DNA of 64,000 bases from Eledone cirrhosa (lineage: Eukaryota), in NCBI GenBank assembly GCA_964016885.1, contig OZ024750.1:21700001-21764000 (forward strand), in the 5' to 3' direction. The notes below the pieces were generated by a model. That model worked only from the letters and a program-made list of their open reading frames with translations, was not told the origin of the DNA and did not search any database. Made by a program: the position numbers and the translations under genes. Positions 27,521 through 41,343 of the stretch are shown piece after piece (within the stretch, counting starts at the first letter, position 1; each line of letters starts with the position of its first letter).

Positions 27521-30110
27521 CCCTTGGTGTTGTAGATGTCACTGCTGTTGTTGTTACTGTATTGTCACTTCTCTTGGTGTTGTAGATGTCACAACTGTTG
27601 TTGTGACTATAGTGTAGCTTCTCTTGGTGTTGTAGATGTCACAACTGTTGTTGTGACTATAGTGTAGCTTCTCTTGGTGTTGTAGATGTCACAACTGTTG
27701 TTGTGACTATAGTGTAGCTTCTCTTGGTATTGTAGATGTCACAACTGTTGTTGTGACTATAGTGCAGCTTCTCTTGGTATTGTAGATGTCACAACTGTTG
27801 TTGTGACTATAGTGTAGCTTCTCTTGGTGTTGTAGATGTCACAACTGTTGTTGTGACTATAGTGTAGCTTCTCTTGGTGTTGTAGATGTCACAACTGTTG
27901 TTGTGACTATAGTGCAGCTTCTCTTGGTGTTGTAGATGTCACAACTGTTGTTGTGACTACAGTGTAGCTTCTCTTGGTGTTGTAGATGTCACAACTGTTG
28001 TTGTGACTATAGTGCAGCTTCTCTTGGTGTTGTAGATGTCACAACTGTTGTTGTGACTATAGTGTAGCTTCTCTTGGTGTTGTAGATGTCACAACTGTTG
28101 TTGTGACTATAGTGTAGCTTCTCTTGGTGTTGTAGATGTCACAACTGTTGTTGTGACTATAGTGTAGCTTCTCTTGGTGTTGTAGATGTCACAACTGTTG
28201 TTGTGACTACAGTGTAGCTTCTCTTGGTGTTGTAGATGTCATTGCTGTTGTTGTGACTATAGTGTAGCTTCTCTTGGTGTTGTAGATGTCATTGCTGTTG
28301 TTGTGACTATAGTGTAGCTTCTCTTGGTGTTGTAGATGTCACAACTGTTGTTGTGACTATAGTGTAGCTTCTCTTGGTGTTGTAGATGTCATTGCTGTTG
28401 TTGTGACTATAGTGTAGCTTCTCTTGGTGTTGTAGATGTCACAACTGTTGTTGTGACTATAGTGTAGCTTCTCTTGGTATTGTAGATGTCACAACTGTTG
28501 TTGTGACTATAGTGTAGCTTCTCTTGGTATTGTAGATGTCACAACTGTTGTTGTGACTATAGTGTAGCTTCTCTTGGTGTTGTAGATGTCACTGCTGTTG
28601 TTGTGACTATAGTGAAGCTTCTCTTGGTGTTGTAGATGTCACAACTGTTGTTGTGACTATAGTGAAGCTTCTCTTGGTGTTGTAGATGTCACTGCTGTTG
28701 TTGTGACTATAGTGTAGCTTCTCTTGGTATTGTAGATGTCACAACTGTTGTTGTGACTATAGTGAAGCTTCTCTTGGTGTTGTAGATGTCACAACTGTTG
28801 TTGTGACTATAGTGTAGCTTCTCTTGGTGTTGTAGATGTCACTGCTGTTGTTGTGACTATAGTGTAGCTTCTCTTGGTATTGTAGATGTCACAACTGTTG
28901 TTGTGACTATAGTGAAGCTTCTCTTGGTGTTGTAGATGTCACAACTGTTGTTGTGACTATAGTGTAGCTTCTCTTGGTGTTGTAGATGTCACAACTGTTG
29001 TTGTGACTATAGTGTAGCTTCTCTTGGTGTTGTAGATGTCACTGCTGTTGTTGTGACTATAGTGTAGCTTCTCTTGGTGTTGTAGATGTCACTGCTGTTG
29101 TTGTGACTATAGTGTAGCTTCTCTTGGTATTGTAGATGTCACAACTGTTGTTGTGACTATAGTGTAGCTTCTCTTGGTGTTGTAGATGTCACTGCTGTTG
29201 TTGTGACTATAGTGTAGCTTCTCTTGGTATTGTAGATGTCACAACTGTTGTTGTGACTATAGTGAAGCTTCTCTTGGTGTTGTAGATGTCACAACTGTTG
29301 TTGTGACTATAGTGTAGCTTCTCTTGGTGTTGTAGATGTTACAACTGTTGTTGTGACTATAGTGTAGCTTCTCTTGGTGTTGTAGATGTCACAACTGTTG
29401 TTGTGACTATAGTGTAGCTTCTCTTGGTGTTGTAGATGTCACAACTGTTGTTGTGACTATAGTGTAGCTTCTCTTGGTGTTGTAGATGTCATTGCTGTTG
29501 TTGTGACTATAGTGTAGCTTCTCTTGGTGTTGTAGATGTCACTGCTGTTGTTGTGACTATAGTGTAGCTTCTCTTGGTGTTGTAGATGTCACAACTGTTG
29601 TTGTGACTATAGTGTAGCTTCTCTTGGTGTTGTAGATGTCATTGCTGTTGTTGTGACTATAGTGTAGCTTCTCTTGGTATTGTAGATGTAACAACTGTTG
29701 TTGTGACTATAGTGTAGCTTCTCTTGGTGTTGTAGATGTCACAACTGTTGTTGTGACTACAGTGTAGCTTCTCTTGGTGTTGTAGATGTCACAACTGTTG
29801 TTGTGACTATAGTGTAGCTTCTCTTGGTGTTGTAGATGTCACAACTGTTGTTGTGACTATAGTGTAGCTTCTCTTGGTATTGTAGATGTCACAACTGTTG
29901 TTGTGACTATAGTGTAGCTTCTCTTGGTGTTGTAGATGTCACAACTGTTGTTGTGACTACAGTGTAGCTTCTCTTGGTGTTGTAGATGTCACAACTGTTG
30001 TTGTGACTATAGTGTAGCTTCTCTTGGTATTGTAGATGTCACAACTGTTGTTGTGACTATAGTGTAGCTTCTCTTGGTGTTGTAGATGTCACTGCTGTTG
30101 TTGTGGCTTC
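27521..30110. repeat. 50-bp minisatellite, about 51 copies
   Basis: Unit CTCTTGGTGTTGTAGATGTCACAACTGTTGTTGTGACTATAGTGTAGCTT, exact 50-bp phase, degenerate GTT-rich edges. Confidence 0.98.
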
Positions 30111-30388
30111 TCTGTGTACTGTCGACGTTATTGCTGTTGTTGTTCATGTTGTTATTGATGTTGTTACTAATGTTTTTGTTGTTAATGCTGCTGTTGTTGG
30201 TGCTATGGTTGTAGTTGTGACTGTCTTGTGGCTTTTCCTGGTATTGTCGATGCCATTGCTGTTTTTAATGATGTCATTGCCATTATTATTAGTATTTCTG
30301 TTGTTAAGGGCGGTGTGTGAGATTGTATGTAACTATATATGTGTGTGAGAGTGTGTATGTATATATATATATGTGTGTGTGAGATTGT

Positions 30389-30419
<31 letters not shown>

Positions 30420-30685
30420 TGAGATTGTATGTTTATATATGTATGTGTGTGAGAGTGTGTATATATGTATATATATATGTGTGAGAGAGTGTATATATAT
30501 CTATATATATATGTGTGTGAGAGTGTGTATGTATATATATGTGTGTGTGTGAGATTGTATGTATATATATGTATGTGTGTGAGAGTGTGTATGTATATAT
30601 ATATATGTGTGTGAGGGTCTGTATGTATATATATATATGTGTGTGAGAGTGTGTATGTATATATATATATGTGTGTGAGAGTGTG

Positions 30686-30739
<54 letters not shown>

Positions 30740-31056
30740 AGAGTGTGTATATATATATATGTGTGATAGTGTGTATGTATATATATATGTGTGTGAGAGT
30801 GTGTATGTATATATATATGTGTGTGTGTGATAGTGTGTATGTATATATGAGAGTGTGTATGTATATATATATATGTGTGTGAGAGTGTATATATATATAT
30901 ATATATATATGTGTTTGAGAGTGTGTATGTATATATATGTGTGTGTGTGAGATTGTATGTATATATATGTATGTGTGTGAGAGTGTGTATGTATATATAT
31001 ATATGTGTGTGAGGGTCTGTATGTATATATATATATATATGTGTGTGAGAGTGTGT

Positions 31057-31091
<35 letters not shown>

Positions 31092-31421
31092 AGAGTGTGT
31101 ATGTATATATATATATATATATATATGTGTGTGAGAGTGTGTATATATATATATGTGTGATAGTGTGTATGTATATATATATGTGTGTGAGAGTGTGTAT
31201 GTATATATATATATGTGTGTGTGTGATAGTGTGTATGTATATATGAGAGTGTGTATGTATATATATATATATGTGTGTGAGAGTGTATATATATATATAT
31301 ATATATGTGTTTGAGAGTGTGTATGTATATATATGTGTGTGTGTGAGAGTGTGTATGTATATATATGTGTGTGTGTGAGGGTGTATGTATATATATATAT
31401 GTGTGTGTGAGGGTGTGTATG

Positions 31422-31455
<34 letters not shown>

Positions 31456-31745
31456 AGGGTGTGTATGTATATATATATGTGTGTGTGAGATTGTATATAT
31501 ATATATATGTGTGTGTGAGAGAGTGTGTATGCATGTGTATCGTTTCCGATTCAATTTTATTTCTATTCTGTGACGTGTGTTCATCTTTACATGTTTATAA
31601 ATAGCAACAGGATTAAATATTAAGAGAAAGTTGATAAAACAATAAATTGTTCAAAGCAACATCGCCGTCGACTGGCAAAGAAGTCCCAAACTGCTGCAAA
31701 ACTATTGGATCAATGATGAGTAGGATGATGAGAGCGATAATGAAG

Positions 31746-31825
<80 letters not shown>

Positions 31826-31826
<1 letters not shown>

Positions 31827-32394
31827 GACTCACTATAAAGGCTGGAGACATGATGTGATGGGCAGGGTGATCCACTGGCACCTATGCAAAGTAAACAATT
31901 TACCACATTCTTAGAAGTGGTATGAGCATAAGCCAGAGTCGGTGATAGAAAACGATCAGATGGAGGTGCTGTGCGATTTTAGGATACAGACGGACAAGAA
32001 ACTGGAACACAAGTGACCTGACCTGGTGGTTTGGGACAAAGAAAAAAGATCGTGCCTGATTGTAGATGTAGCCTGCCCATTCGACACAGGAGTGCAAGAG
32101 AAGGAGAGGGAGAAAATTAACCGATACCAGGACTTAAAGTGGGAGTTAAAAAGGATTTGGAACTGCCATGAAGTCAGATTGTCATAGGCGCACTAGGTAC
32201 TATCTCAAAGAGTTTCCAAGAATGGTTAAAGAAAGTTAGTCCAGCCCCGCTTTGGGGAACACTTCAAAAGGTATGCTTGCTGGGAACAGCAAGAACCCTC
32301 CGATACGTCCTGAATATCTGAGGCTGCAGGTAGCGGCTTGATATTCATTTCAACAAACTTTCCAGTTAAATAACACCAATTACTGAGACTCAAA

Positions 32395-32397
<3 letters not shown>
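31826..32397 (+). mobile_element. Dong/R4-clade retrotransposon 3' fragment inserted in (TAA)n
   Basis: HYKGWRHDVMGRVIHWHLCK; IQTDKKLEHK*PDLVVWD..LIVDVACPFD..EKINRYQDL..IVIGALG. (TAA)n on both sides, the known Dong target. Confidence 0.88.
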
Positions 32398-32435
<38 letters not shown>

Positions 32436-32589
32436 TGGCATCATTTGTGTGACAATTGATTGTAAAATGTGTATATTATCAAATTTTGCCTCAGGTGCCA
32501 GGTTGACATTTGGCATGAAGTGTACTTGGAAGAAGCAGAACTCAAACGAAGATTCAAATAATAATAATAATAATAATAATAATGATAAT

Positions 32590-32945
32590 AAGGATTTCTA
32601 CTTTAGGCACAAGGCCAGTAATTGTTTGGGGGGAGGAGAAAGTCGATTAAATCGACCCCAGTGTATTACTGGTACTTTATTTTATCGACCCCGTAAGGAG
32701 GAAAGGCAAAGCTAACCTTAGAGGGATTTGAACTCAGAGCGTAAAGGGCCGTAACTATATACTGCAAAACATGTTGACCGATGCTGTAATAAGAATAATA
32801 ATTGTTTCTACTTTTGGCACAAGGCCAGCAATTTTAAGGGTAGGGGAAGGTTGAGTATATCGATCCCAGGATATCGACCTGGAAAGGATGAAAGGCAAAG
32901 TTGCCTTAGGCCGGATTTGAATTCGGATCGTAAAGAACCTAAATA
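32590..32945 (-). mobile_element. SINE S1 copies (one near-full, one degenerate)
   Basis: S1 consensus matches. Confidence 0.8.
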
Positions 32946-33590
32946 CATATCACAAAGTAATTTATCTGCCAATCCACGACCTTCTTGTTTTCTAATTTAA
33001 GCACAAGGCCAACAATACGAGTCAAATCTCCAAAAATCAGACTCTAACGTCTCTTCGAAAGCAAAAGATGGAGAGAACACTTAGGAAAATGTAGTTGTAT
33101 ACAGGTGTGATAGTCACGGCTAGAATATCGATGTACATACGCCTGCTCACACTCCATCGATCCGAAGTTAAACAATAACGAAAGAATAATCAAAAGGAAT
33201 GTTATTAGAATGTGTTAGGAAGGAACAAAACGAAACGCAGAATACGAAATAATTAGAATAAACCCACCAGCTATCCTCCAAAATTTTGAAATTAAGTGAA
33301 TTAGGAAACATAGAAAATTGAAAACTTGTCAATAATTAAAATATACCACTGTAAATCTAATATAAACGGTTGGCATTTACTGTGCACCTAAGGGTAGAAC
33401 AATGGATACATACACGTAGAGTAATTCTAGAGAAGTGAACTTTTTCTAGAGGAAAAATTAGCTGGATTTACAAAATTATTTCGGCTCTGAAAATGTTTTC
33501 TATAGATAAGTTATCAATTAGAGGCTGTGCAGTGAATGGAAATATAGAAACAGCTATATGAAATAATTTGAATGGATGTTGACCCCCACA

Positions 33591-33965
33591 AGTTTCGTGT
33601 GAGAGATAACTGACTCCATAATATTCGTGTTATAGGAAGGTGACTCCGCAAGTTTCGTGTGATAGGAAGGTAACTCCGTAATATTCGTGTTATAGGAAGG
33701 TGGCTCCATAATGTTCGTGTTATAGGAAAGTGACTCTATAATGTTCGTGTTATAGGAATGTGGCTCCATAATGTTCGTGTTATAGGAAAGTGACTCTATA
33801 ATGTTCGTGTTATAGGAAGGTGACTCCATAATGTTCGTGTTATAGGAAGGTAACTAAACAAGATTCATGTCATAAAATGTTGACTAAACAGCGTTTTGTG
33901 TAATAGAATATTAACTATACACGTTTCGTGTTATAGAATAGTGACGACATATTTTTTATGTTATA
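33591..33965. repeat. 30-bp minisatellite, about 12 copies decaying rightward
   Basis: Unit TATAGGAAGGTGACTCCATAATGTTCGTGT. Confidence 0.92.
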
Positions 33966-36272
33966 GATTAAGTTGAGAACTGGATTCCTAAGGCAATGCA
34001 ATATTTCTGGCAGTCCCACAGTCAAGTGAGTCACAGAGAATTGCTAAGAGCATATGACAGCCCCATCTTCCTCATTGCATGTCCTGCTATTCAAATAACT
34101 GTACGTGTACAGATAGTCTTGAATACAGGTGTCTTTTGGTAGGACTGCGGGGCGAATGGTTTATTTATTAATGTATATTCTGTCGCGTTAGAGGATGATG
34201 TCAACGCAAGTTTAGTTCTAGATTAGTTAAATAACTGGATTTGCCTAAGACAGCACTGTAACAGATTTAGGTAAGCCTACAGGCAAATAAGTGGTGGATA
34301 GTTGCTGAAAATATGTATAATAGTTTCATCTGCCTCATTACATGTTAGACATGTTTTGTACTTCTAATTGCTGGAGGTTTACTGTTGTAAATATATAGTG
34401 TTCTCTGGTCGAATTTTGAGGTCAAGAAGTTATTTAGTTATAGATTTTCACCAACCCAATCAGTGGTTCACAGCATTATATATAATTTCTGACTGATAGA
34501 TTGTCGAATGTGAGTATGGGTAAATCAGCCGGAAGAACTATCACACATGGTATTTTTGTTTAAAATTTTCGTTTTATAAGTCTTCTTACTAATCACCGAT
34601 ATACCTTAGCTAAGGGCTTTTGAAAGTTTTCTATAACGGCCATCTTGAAAGTGCACTGGGCGAGTCTCTATAACACGCACCTCCGAAGTGAACAATGTGT
34701 CTCATGTCATCATTCCTCGTGTCATCCCCTAACCATTTTTAGAATGCAAGTATTGACAGTTCACCATGCAGGAATCGCCTGGCAATATTCCAGGTGCCAA
34801 ACGTCCAAACCCTGATCTGTGCTTGACCCAAAACTGCATCTCTGTTAGGAAGATGAGCTGCAGAAAAACTTATCTCACGAATGGCGAATATACGTATACA
34901 CAGTTATCACTGTTCATGAATCACGGCTAATATCGTATAGTCTTGGTGTATAACTACGCATCATCCGGTTGTGACAACCTCGAGACTCCCTCCCCACCGC
35001 CGATTAACCGTCAATACAATGTGAGGGCTTTTATCACTTATTTCACTCTACATTCGACAGAGCGTTGTGTTTGTTTCAAAATAACACCAGATGCAACACA
35101 CAAATTTCAAACTTCGTCATAATATTTAATATTAAGAAGTTATAGGAGATATTGTGCACATGTCTTTTGTAATTGGAAAAAAATCTGTCCAAGTCCAATT
35201 AATCATATTTTTTCCGGCGAAGGCTGAATGCTTTATGTTGCATCTAAAGTGTTGTGAAGTACACACAGCGCTCCACCAATTGTATAATGCAAATGTATAA
35301 GCTTTGCTCATTTTCGTTTAATCTAGAACATTTCTGGGGATGGTCAAAAATCTACTTAATACTTGTTCAAAAAATAATGTATCTCAAAACATGGGTAATG
35401 AATGAACGAAATGTAAGTCACATCTCACACTTATGCTGGTTTAGGTGACTTCCAACGCGGTTACATTCCATAGAAGTCATACGTGTTTTAATTAAAGGTG
35501 TGCCAGCCATATCATCTAAAGCAAAAAGAAAGTGCTTTGCTCAAGAACACAAAGCGCCCTCTGATTTAGAAATACAACCTAGGACCTTATGTTTGTGAAT
35601 TCAAACATCTCGCCACAAGGCACTCTATGACTATGATTAAAATCCGAAATTGCCGTAAAGTAGTCTTTACCCCAACGTAACCCAGCTTTTACTGGTACTT
35701 ATTTTCAATTAGGTAAACTGGACTAACGTGAAATAAAGTTCGTTGCTCGGGGACACAGCAAGCCACCCGGTTCAGGGATCGAACCAACGACTATACAGTC
35801 GTGAGACCAATACCCTAACCACACCCTCGTGTACAGTTTGGTAAAGCCTAGTATGCAAAACAAAATTCCATCTTCCAGATATGGAAGAGAGATATAAACC
35901 AATGAGTGGAATGGGAGATATAAAATATTTAGGTGTCTTTCAGAAGGTTGGTGTGAAACTGAAGGTAATAAAAGGGTTAAGCTGCAGTGAAGAAAGGGGA
36001 GGAGAGTTAAAATGTCAGAATGATCTGAAGGACGAAAAGTCGAGAAAGTGAGAGGGGGTGTGGTGGGGGGTAGAGAGAAGACGAAGGAGAAGAGGAAAGT
36101 GATGATAAGAAACGAAACGAAAATGGCGGAGACGAAGGAGACAGCGTGAAAGAAGGGGACGAATGAGATGAATGAGATGGACATCATCATCATCATCATT
36201 ATCATCATCATCATCATCATCATCATCACTGTAAATACCCGAGAGAATGAGATGTAAAGTTGGGTTAGTTAT

Positions 36273-36314
<42 letters not shown>

Positions 36315-36747
36315 GGAGGAGGAGGGTGAGGAGGAGGAGGAGGAGGAGGAGGAGGAGGAGGAGGAGGAGGAGGAGAGGGGAGGGGTGGAATAGAAGGCAA
36401 TAAAAGGGGGTTTGGTTAGGAAAGAAGGGAGAGGGGAGAGATGTGCCTGAATGTCAGATTGATCTTAGGAAACAAATGTGAAATGTAAATGGACGAAGCG
36501 CCATTAATGGTATAAACAACTGGGTATTACCAAATAATGGCTGATATTCTATATGAAGACATTGATGAGAAAGGACGACAATAACATTAACAACAATATT
36601 GGGTTAAATAACAACAAAATGCAGTCAACATTAGTAGAGAAGGGAGGAGATATAGAAAGGCTTACGTAAACAGAAATATGTCAACAGGGAAGATAAAGTA
36701 TAGACATCACTAGATTGATCGTTATAAATAAATGAGAGGATGAAACG

Positions 36748-36888
36748 ATAATTGTTTCTACCTTTGGCACAAGGCCAGCAATCATCCAGTACATTACTGG
36801 TACTTTATTTTATCGACCCCCGTAAGGATGAAAGGCAAAGTTAACCTCGGCGAGATTTGAACTCAGATCGTAAAGGGGCGTAACTCAG
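36748..36888 (-). mobile_element. 5'-truncated SINE S1
   Basis: S1 3' two-thirds. Confidence 0.8.
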
Positions 36889-36894
36889 ATTAGT

Positions 36895-37136
36895 TAGTAT
36901 TACTGATGGTAGTATTAGTGGTGGTAGTGGTGGTGGTAGTGCTGGTGGTGGTAGTGGTAGTAGTAGCAGTATTACTGATGGTGGTAGTAGTAGTGGTGGT
37001 GGTGGTGGTGGTGGTGGGAGTAGTATTACTGATGGTAGTAGTAGTAGTGGTGGTGGTGGCAGTAGTATTACTGATGGTAGTAGTAGTAGTGGTGGTGTTA
37101 GTAGTAGTACTGATGGTAGTAGAAGTAGTGGTGGTT

Positions 37137-37199
<63 letters not shown>

Positions 37200-37263
37200 A
37201 TGGTGGTGGTGGTGGTGGTGGTGGTAGTAGTGGTGGTGGTGGTAATAGTGGTGGTGGTGGTAA

Positions 37264-37313
<50 letters not shown>

Positions 37314-37795
37314 ATGGTGGTAGTAGTTGTTGTGGATAGTGAGAAACAAGGATGAAAGGGTTTGGTTAGAGAAGTGGGGAGAGTCGGATGTCAGAATGAT
37401 CTTAGGAAACAAATGTGAATGGCAGAAATAGAAGTAATGGTGTTCAGCACTAAGTATTACCCAATAATGAACAGATATTCTACATTGTTACTTCATTGAG
37501 GATCAAGAATGATGGGTAGAAGAAAGAGAAAGGAATGATAAAGGAGTGAAAAGAATGAGAGGAATGGGGATTATGAGAAGAATGAATAGAAAAATGACTA
37601 AAATGATAAGAAGAATAGTAAGACTAGGGAAATGAATGACAAGGTGAATGAGAAAGAGCAGAAGAAGAAGAAGAAGAAGAAGAAGAAGAAGAAGAAGAAG
37701 AAGAAGAAGAAGAAGAAGAAGAAGAAGAAGAAGAAGAAGAAGAAGAAGAAGAAGAAGAAGAAGAAGAAGAAGAAGAAGAAGAAGAAGAAGAATGA
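36895..37795. repeat. (GTA/GTG)n and (GAA)n trinucleotide arrays
   Basis: Seen directly; source of the poly-V, poly-K and poly-S ORFs. Confidence 0.95.
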
Positions 37796-38091
37796 GAATG
37801 TGAAGGATATGATGAATGAGGAGAATGTGGAAAATAAAAAGAATGATGTAATTGAAGAGAATATTGAGAAGAGTGAAAAGAATGAGAATTATGAGAAGAT
37901 GAATGGGGAGAAAAGGAAGAAAAAGATGGATAACAATCTGGGGCTAAACAACAACAAAAATAAAGAATTGATGTTGTAAAGATTGGAAGAAAGGTGTATA
38001 AACAGATATATAAATCGAGAGATAGACAAACAGACAGACAGATAGATAGATGTGTGCGTGAGTAAGCAGAGGGGATGATACTAATGATTAT

Positions 38092-38092
<1 letters not shown>

Positions 38093-38141
<49 letters not shown>

Positions 38142-38265
38142 TGATAGATAGATATATTTCTTTATTAGCCACAGGGGCACAAAAGAAAGGGACAAATACA
38201 AAGGGGGAAGTTTACATACAATAAAAACGTGTAAAAGATAGATAGATAGATTTCTTTATTGTGTA

Positions 38266-38308
<43 letters not shown>

Positions 38309-38391
38309 TGTTTCTTTATTAGGCACAGGGGCACAAAAGAAGGGGACAAATACAAAGGGGGAAGTTTACATACAATAAAAACGTGTAAAAT

Positions 38392-38429
<38 letters not shown>

Positions 38430-39551
38430 CGATATGTTTCTTTATTAGGCACAGGGGCACAAAAGAAGGGGACAAATACAAAGGGGGAAGTTTACATACA
38501 ATAAAAACGTGTAAAATACTATCACAAATGCAATTTAAAAATTAATCGATTTTCCCCAATAGGGGAGACATTACATATGGGTAACACATACCCCCGAAAA
38601 AATGTGCAACCCTCATCTCCAGGAGTACGAAGAGTGAGTACCCCTTTCCTCTCTTCCTCTTTTTCCTCAACCTACAGGCTGATATATATTATAGATAGAT
38701 AGATAGACAGATAGATATGTGCGTATGTGGGCAAACAGGATGATACTAATAGATAGATATATTTCTTTTATTTGCCACTAGGGCATCAAAAGTGGGACAA
38801 GTACAAAGGGGGGAGTTTACACAAAAAGGCGTCCTCAATAAGGAGGAGGCAATAACAAAATATAAAAATAAAATAAGATATAACAAAAAATAAATTTTTT
38901 TTTTTTTTTTTTTTTTATAGATAGATAGATATATTTCTTTTATTTGCCACTAGGGCATCAAAAGTGGGACAAGTACAAAGGGGGGAGTTTACACAAAAAG
39001 GCGTCCTCAATAAGGAGAAGGCAATAACAAAATATAAAAATAAAATAAGATATAACAAAAAATAAAATTTTTAACAAAATCCTCAATAGAGAGGAGGCGC
39101 CTTGGGGGGTCGCACACACCCCCGAAAAAAGTGTGCAACCCTTCTCCTCAGGAGCACAGAGAAGGGGTGCTCCCTTGGTCTTTCATCTTCCTCACCTATA
39201 GTCTGATGTAGAGTGAAGGCCCATTCACACGGGCCATTCTCGCCACTTTCACCCATCTTTCATAGAAACGGCTGGGGTGCAGCACCTCTCTCTCCATCCT
39301 GATCCTTCTTCCGAAATGATATCGGAAGAAACGGACCAGTTGTTGGCCAGAGAGAAAGGTGCCCGACCTCAGTCCTTTCAGACGCGTCCACCATACAACC
39401 TCTTTCGCCATGGCTATTACGCACAGAAACACCGCCTCTGCTTCATCTTTGAAGGGGGGAGGCGGCTTGATCATTACAATTTTTATAGATAGATAGATAG
39501 ATAGATATATTTCTTTATGTTAGATAGATAGATAGATAGATAGATAGATAT

Positions 39552-39617
<66 letters not shown>

Positions 39618-39627
39618 TTCTTTATGT

Positions 39628-39665
<38 letters not shown>

Positions 39666-39695
39666 TATAGATAGATAGATAGATAGATAGATAGG
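38093..39695 (-). mobile_element. Cluster of Tx1/L1-like 3' ends nested in a (GATA)n array; the longest (38933-39485) keeps the ORF2 C-terminus
   Basis: Five 3' ends starting TTTCTTT(T)ATT.GCCAC/GGCAC (about 38156, 38310, 38436, 38761, 38933), each right after GATAGATAT-like sequence. ORF 39196-39474 contains IAMAKEVVWWTR..RFYERWV. Confidence 0.72.
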
Positions 39696-40156
39696 TACGT
39701 AGGTATAAGGACCAGTGGGTAGGTAATTAGATTGGATGGATGGCTGGTTGTGAGTATGTGTCGTTTTAAATAGCTAAGTGGACGAAATTTGAAGTCATTG
39801 AATTAATATATTCGCACTCCATAAACTATGAATAGGATTCAAATCATGCGAATGATCGTATTGTTGATGGACATTAAAAGGTTCTTATTGTACAGGAACC
39901 TCATTTAATTATTCTATATGCAGTGAAGAAGGAGGCATCTACGTGATTAATGGGCCTGGATGAAACGGCAGCTATTTCAACTCCAAATCACACCCAAGCG
40001 CCATAAAACAGAGCAAACTTATTTGATATTGTAATACCAAATATACTATGTCTCCGAAATTAAGGCGAGATGGCCATGTCTGAAGGGTCGTTGATTATAC
40101 GTTGATGTTGTTGTTGTTGTTTTTGATGCTGTTGTTGTTGCTGTTGATGATGATGT

Positions 40157-40280
<124 letters not shown>

Positions 40281-40443
40281 GCCGATGATGATGATGATGA
40301 TGATGATGATAATGTTGTTGCTGCTGCTACTGTTGTTGCTGTTGTTGTTGTTGTTGTTATTTAACACTAAATGATAAAATACAAACTCTAACTTAACGAT
40401 TTCTTCAAACTGTTGAGAATTACAACTTAACATTAATAGCAAA

Positions 40444-41343
40444 TAGAACAAACCCCTCGTCTGGGATGCCACTTGCACCGACACTAGAACAAACCCCTCG
40501 TCTGGGATGCCACTTGCACCGACACTAGAACAAACCCCTCGTCTGGGATGCCACTTGCACCGACACTAGAACAAACCCCTCGTCTGGGATGCCACTTACA
40601 CCGACACTAGAACAAACCCCTCGTCTGGGATGCCACTTGCACCGACACTAGAACAAACCCCTCGTCTGGGATGCCACTTGCACCGACACTAGAACAAACC
40701 CCTCGTCTGGGATGCCACTTGCACCGACACTAGAACAAACCCCTTGTCTGGGATGCCACTTGCACCGACACTAGAACAAACCCCTCGTCTGGGATGCCAC
40801 TTGCACCGACACTAGAACAAACCCCTCGTCTGGGATGCCACTTGCACCGACACTAGAACAAACCCCTTGTCTGGGATGCCACTTGCACCGACACTAGAAC
40901 AAACCCCTCGTCTGGGATGCCACTTGCACCGACACTAGAACAAACCCCTTGTCTGGGATGCCACTTGCACCGACACTAGAACAAACCCCTCGTCTGGGAT
41001 GCCACTTGCACCGACACTAGAACAAACCCCTCGTCTGGGATGCCACTTGCACCGACACTAGAACAAACCCCTTGTCTGGGATGCCACTTGCACCGACACT
41101 AGAACAAACCCCTCGTCTGGGATGCCACTTGCACCGACACTAGAACAAACCCCTCGTCTGGGATGCCACTTGCACCGACACTAGAACAAACCCCTCGTCT
41201 GGGATGCCACTTGCACCGACACTAGAACAAACCCCTCGTCTGGATGCCACTTGCACCGACACTAGAACAAACCCCTCGTCTGGATGACACTTGCACCGAC
41301 ACTAGAACAAACCCCTCGTCTGGGATGCCATTTGCACCGACAC
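40444..41343 (+). repeat. 41-bp tandem array, 22 copies, derived from CRE-like retrotransposon coding sequence
   Basis: Unit TAGAACAAACCCCTCGTCTGGGATGCCACTTGCACCGACAC encodes KPLVWDATCTDT; no spacers. Confidence 0.97.

Noticed and set aside
27521-30110. CRISPR-like palindromic repeats or a repetitive protein exon
   Set aside because: No spacers; 50-bp period is not a multiple of three and no long ORF is reported across it.
33554-33829. Repetitive 91-aa ORF (ESPSYNTNI)
   Set aside because: One open frame of a 30-bp minisatellite; no splice or start context.
40444-41343. CRISPR-like array
   Set aside because: Units are contiguous with no unique spacers, no cas genes, eukaryotic context; the unit is retrotransposon coding sequence.
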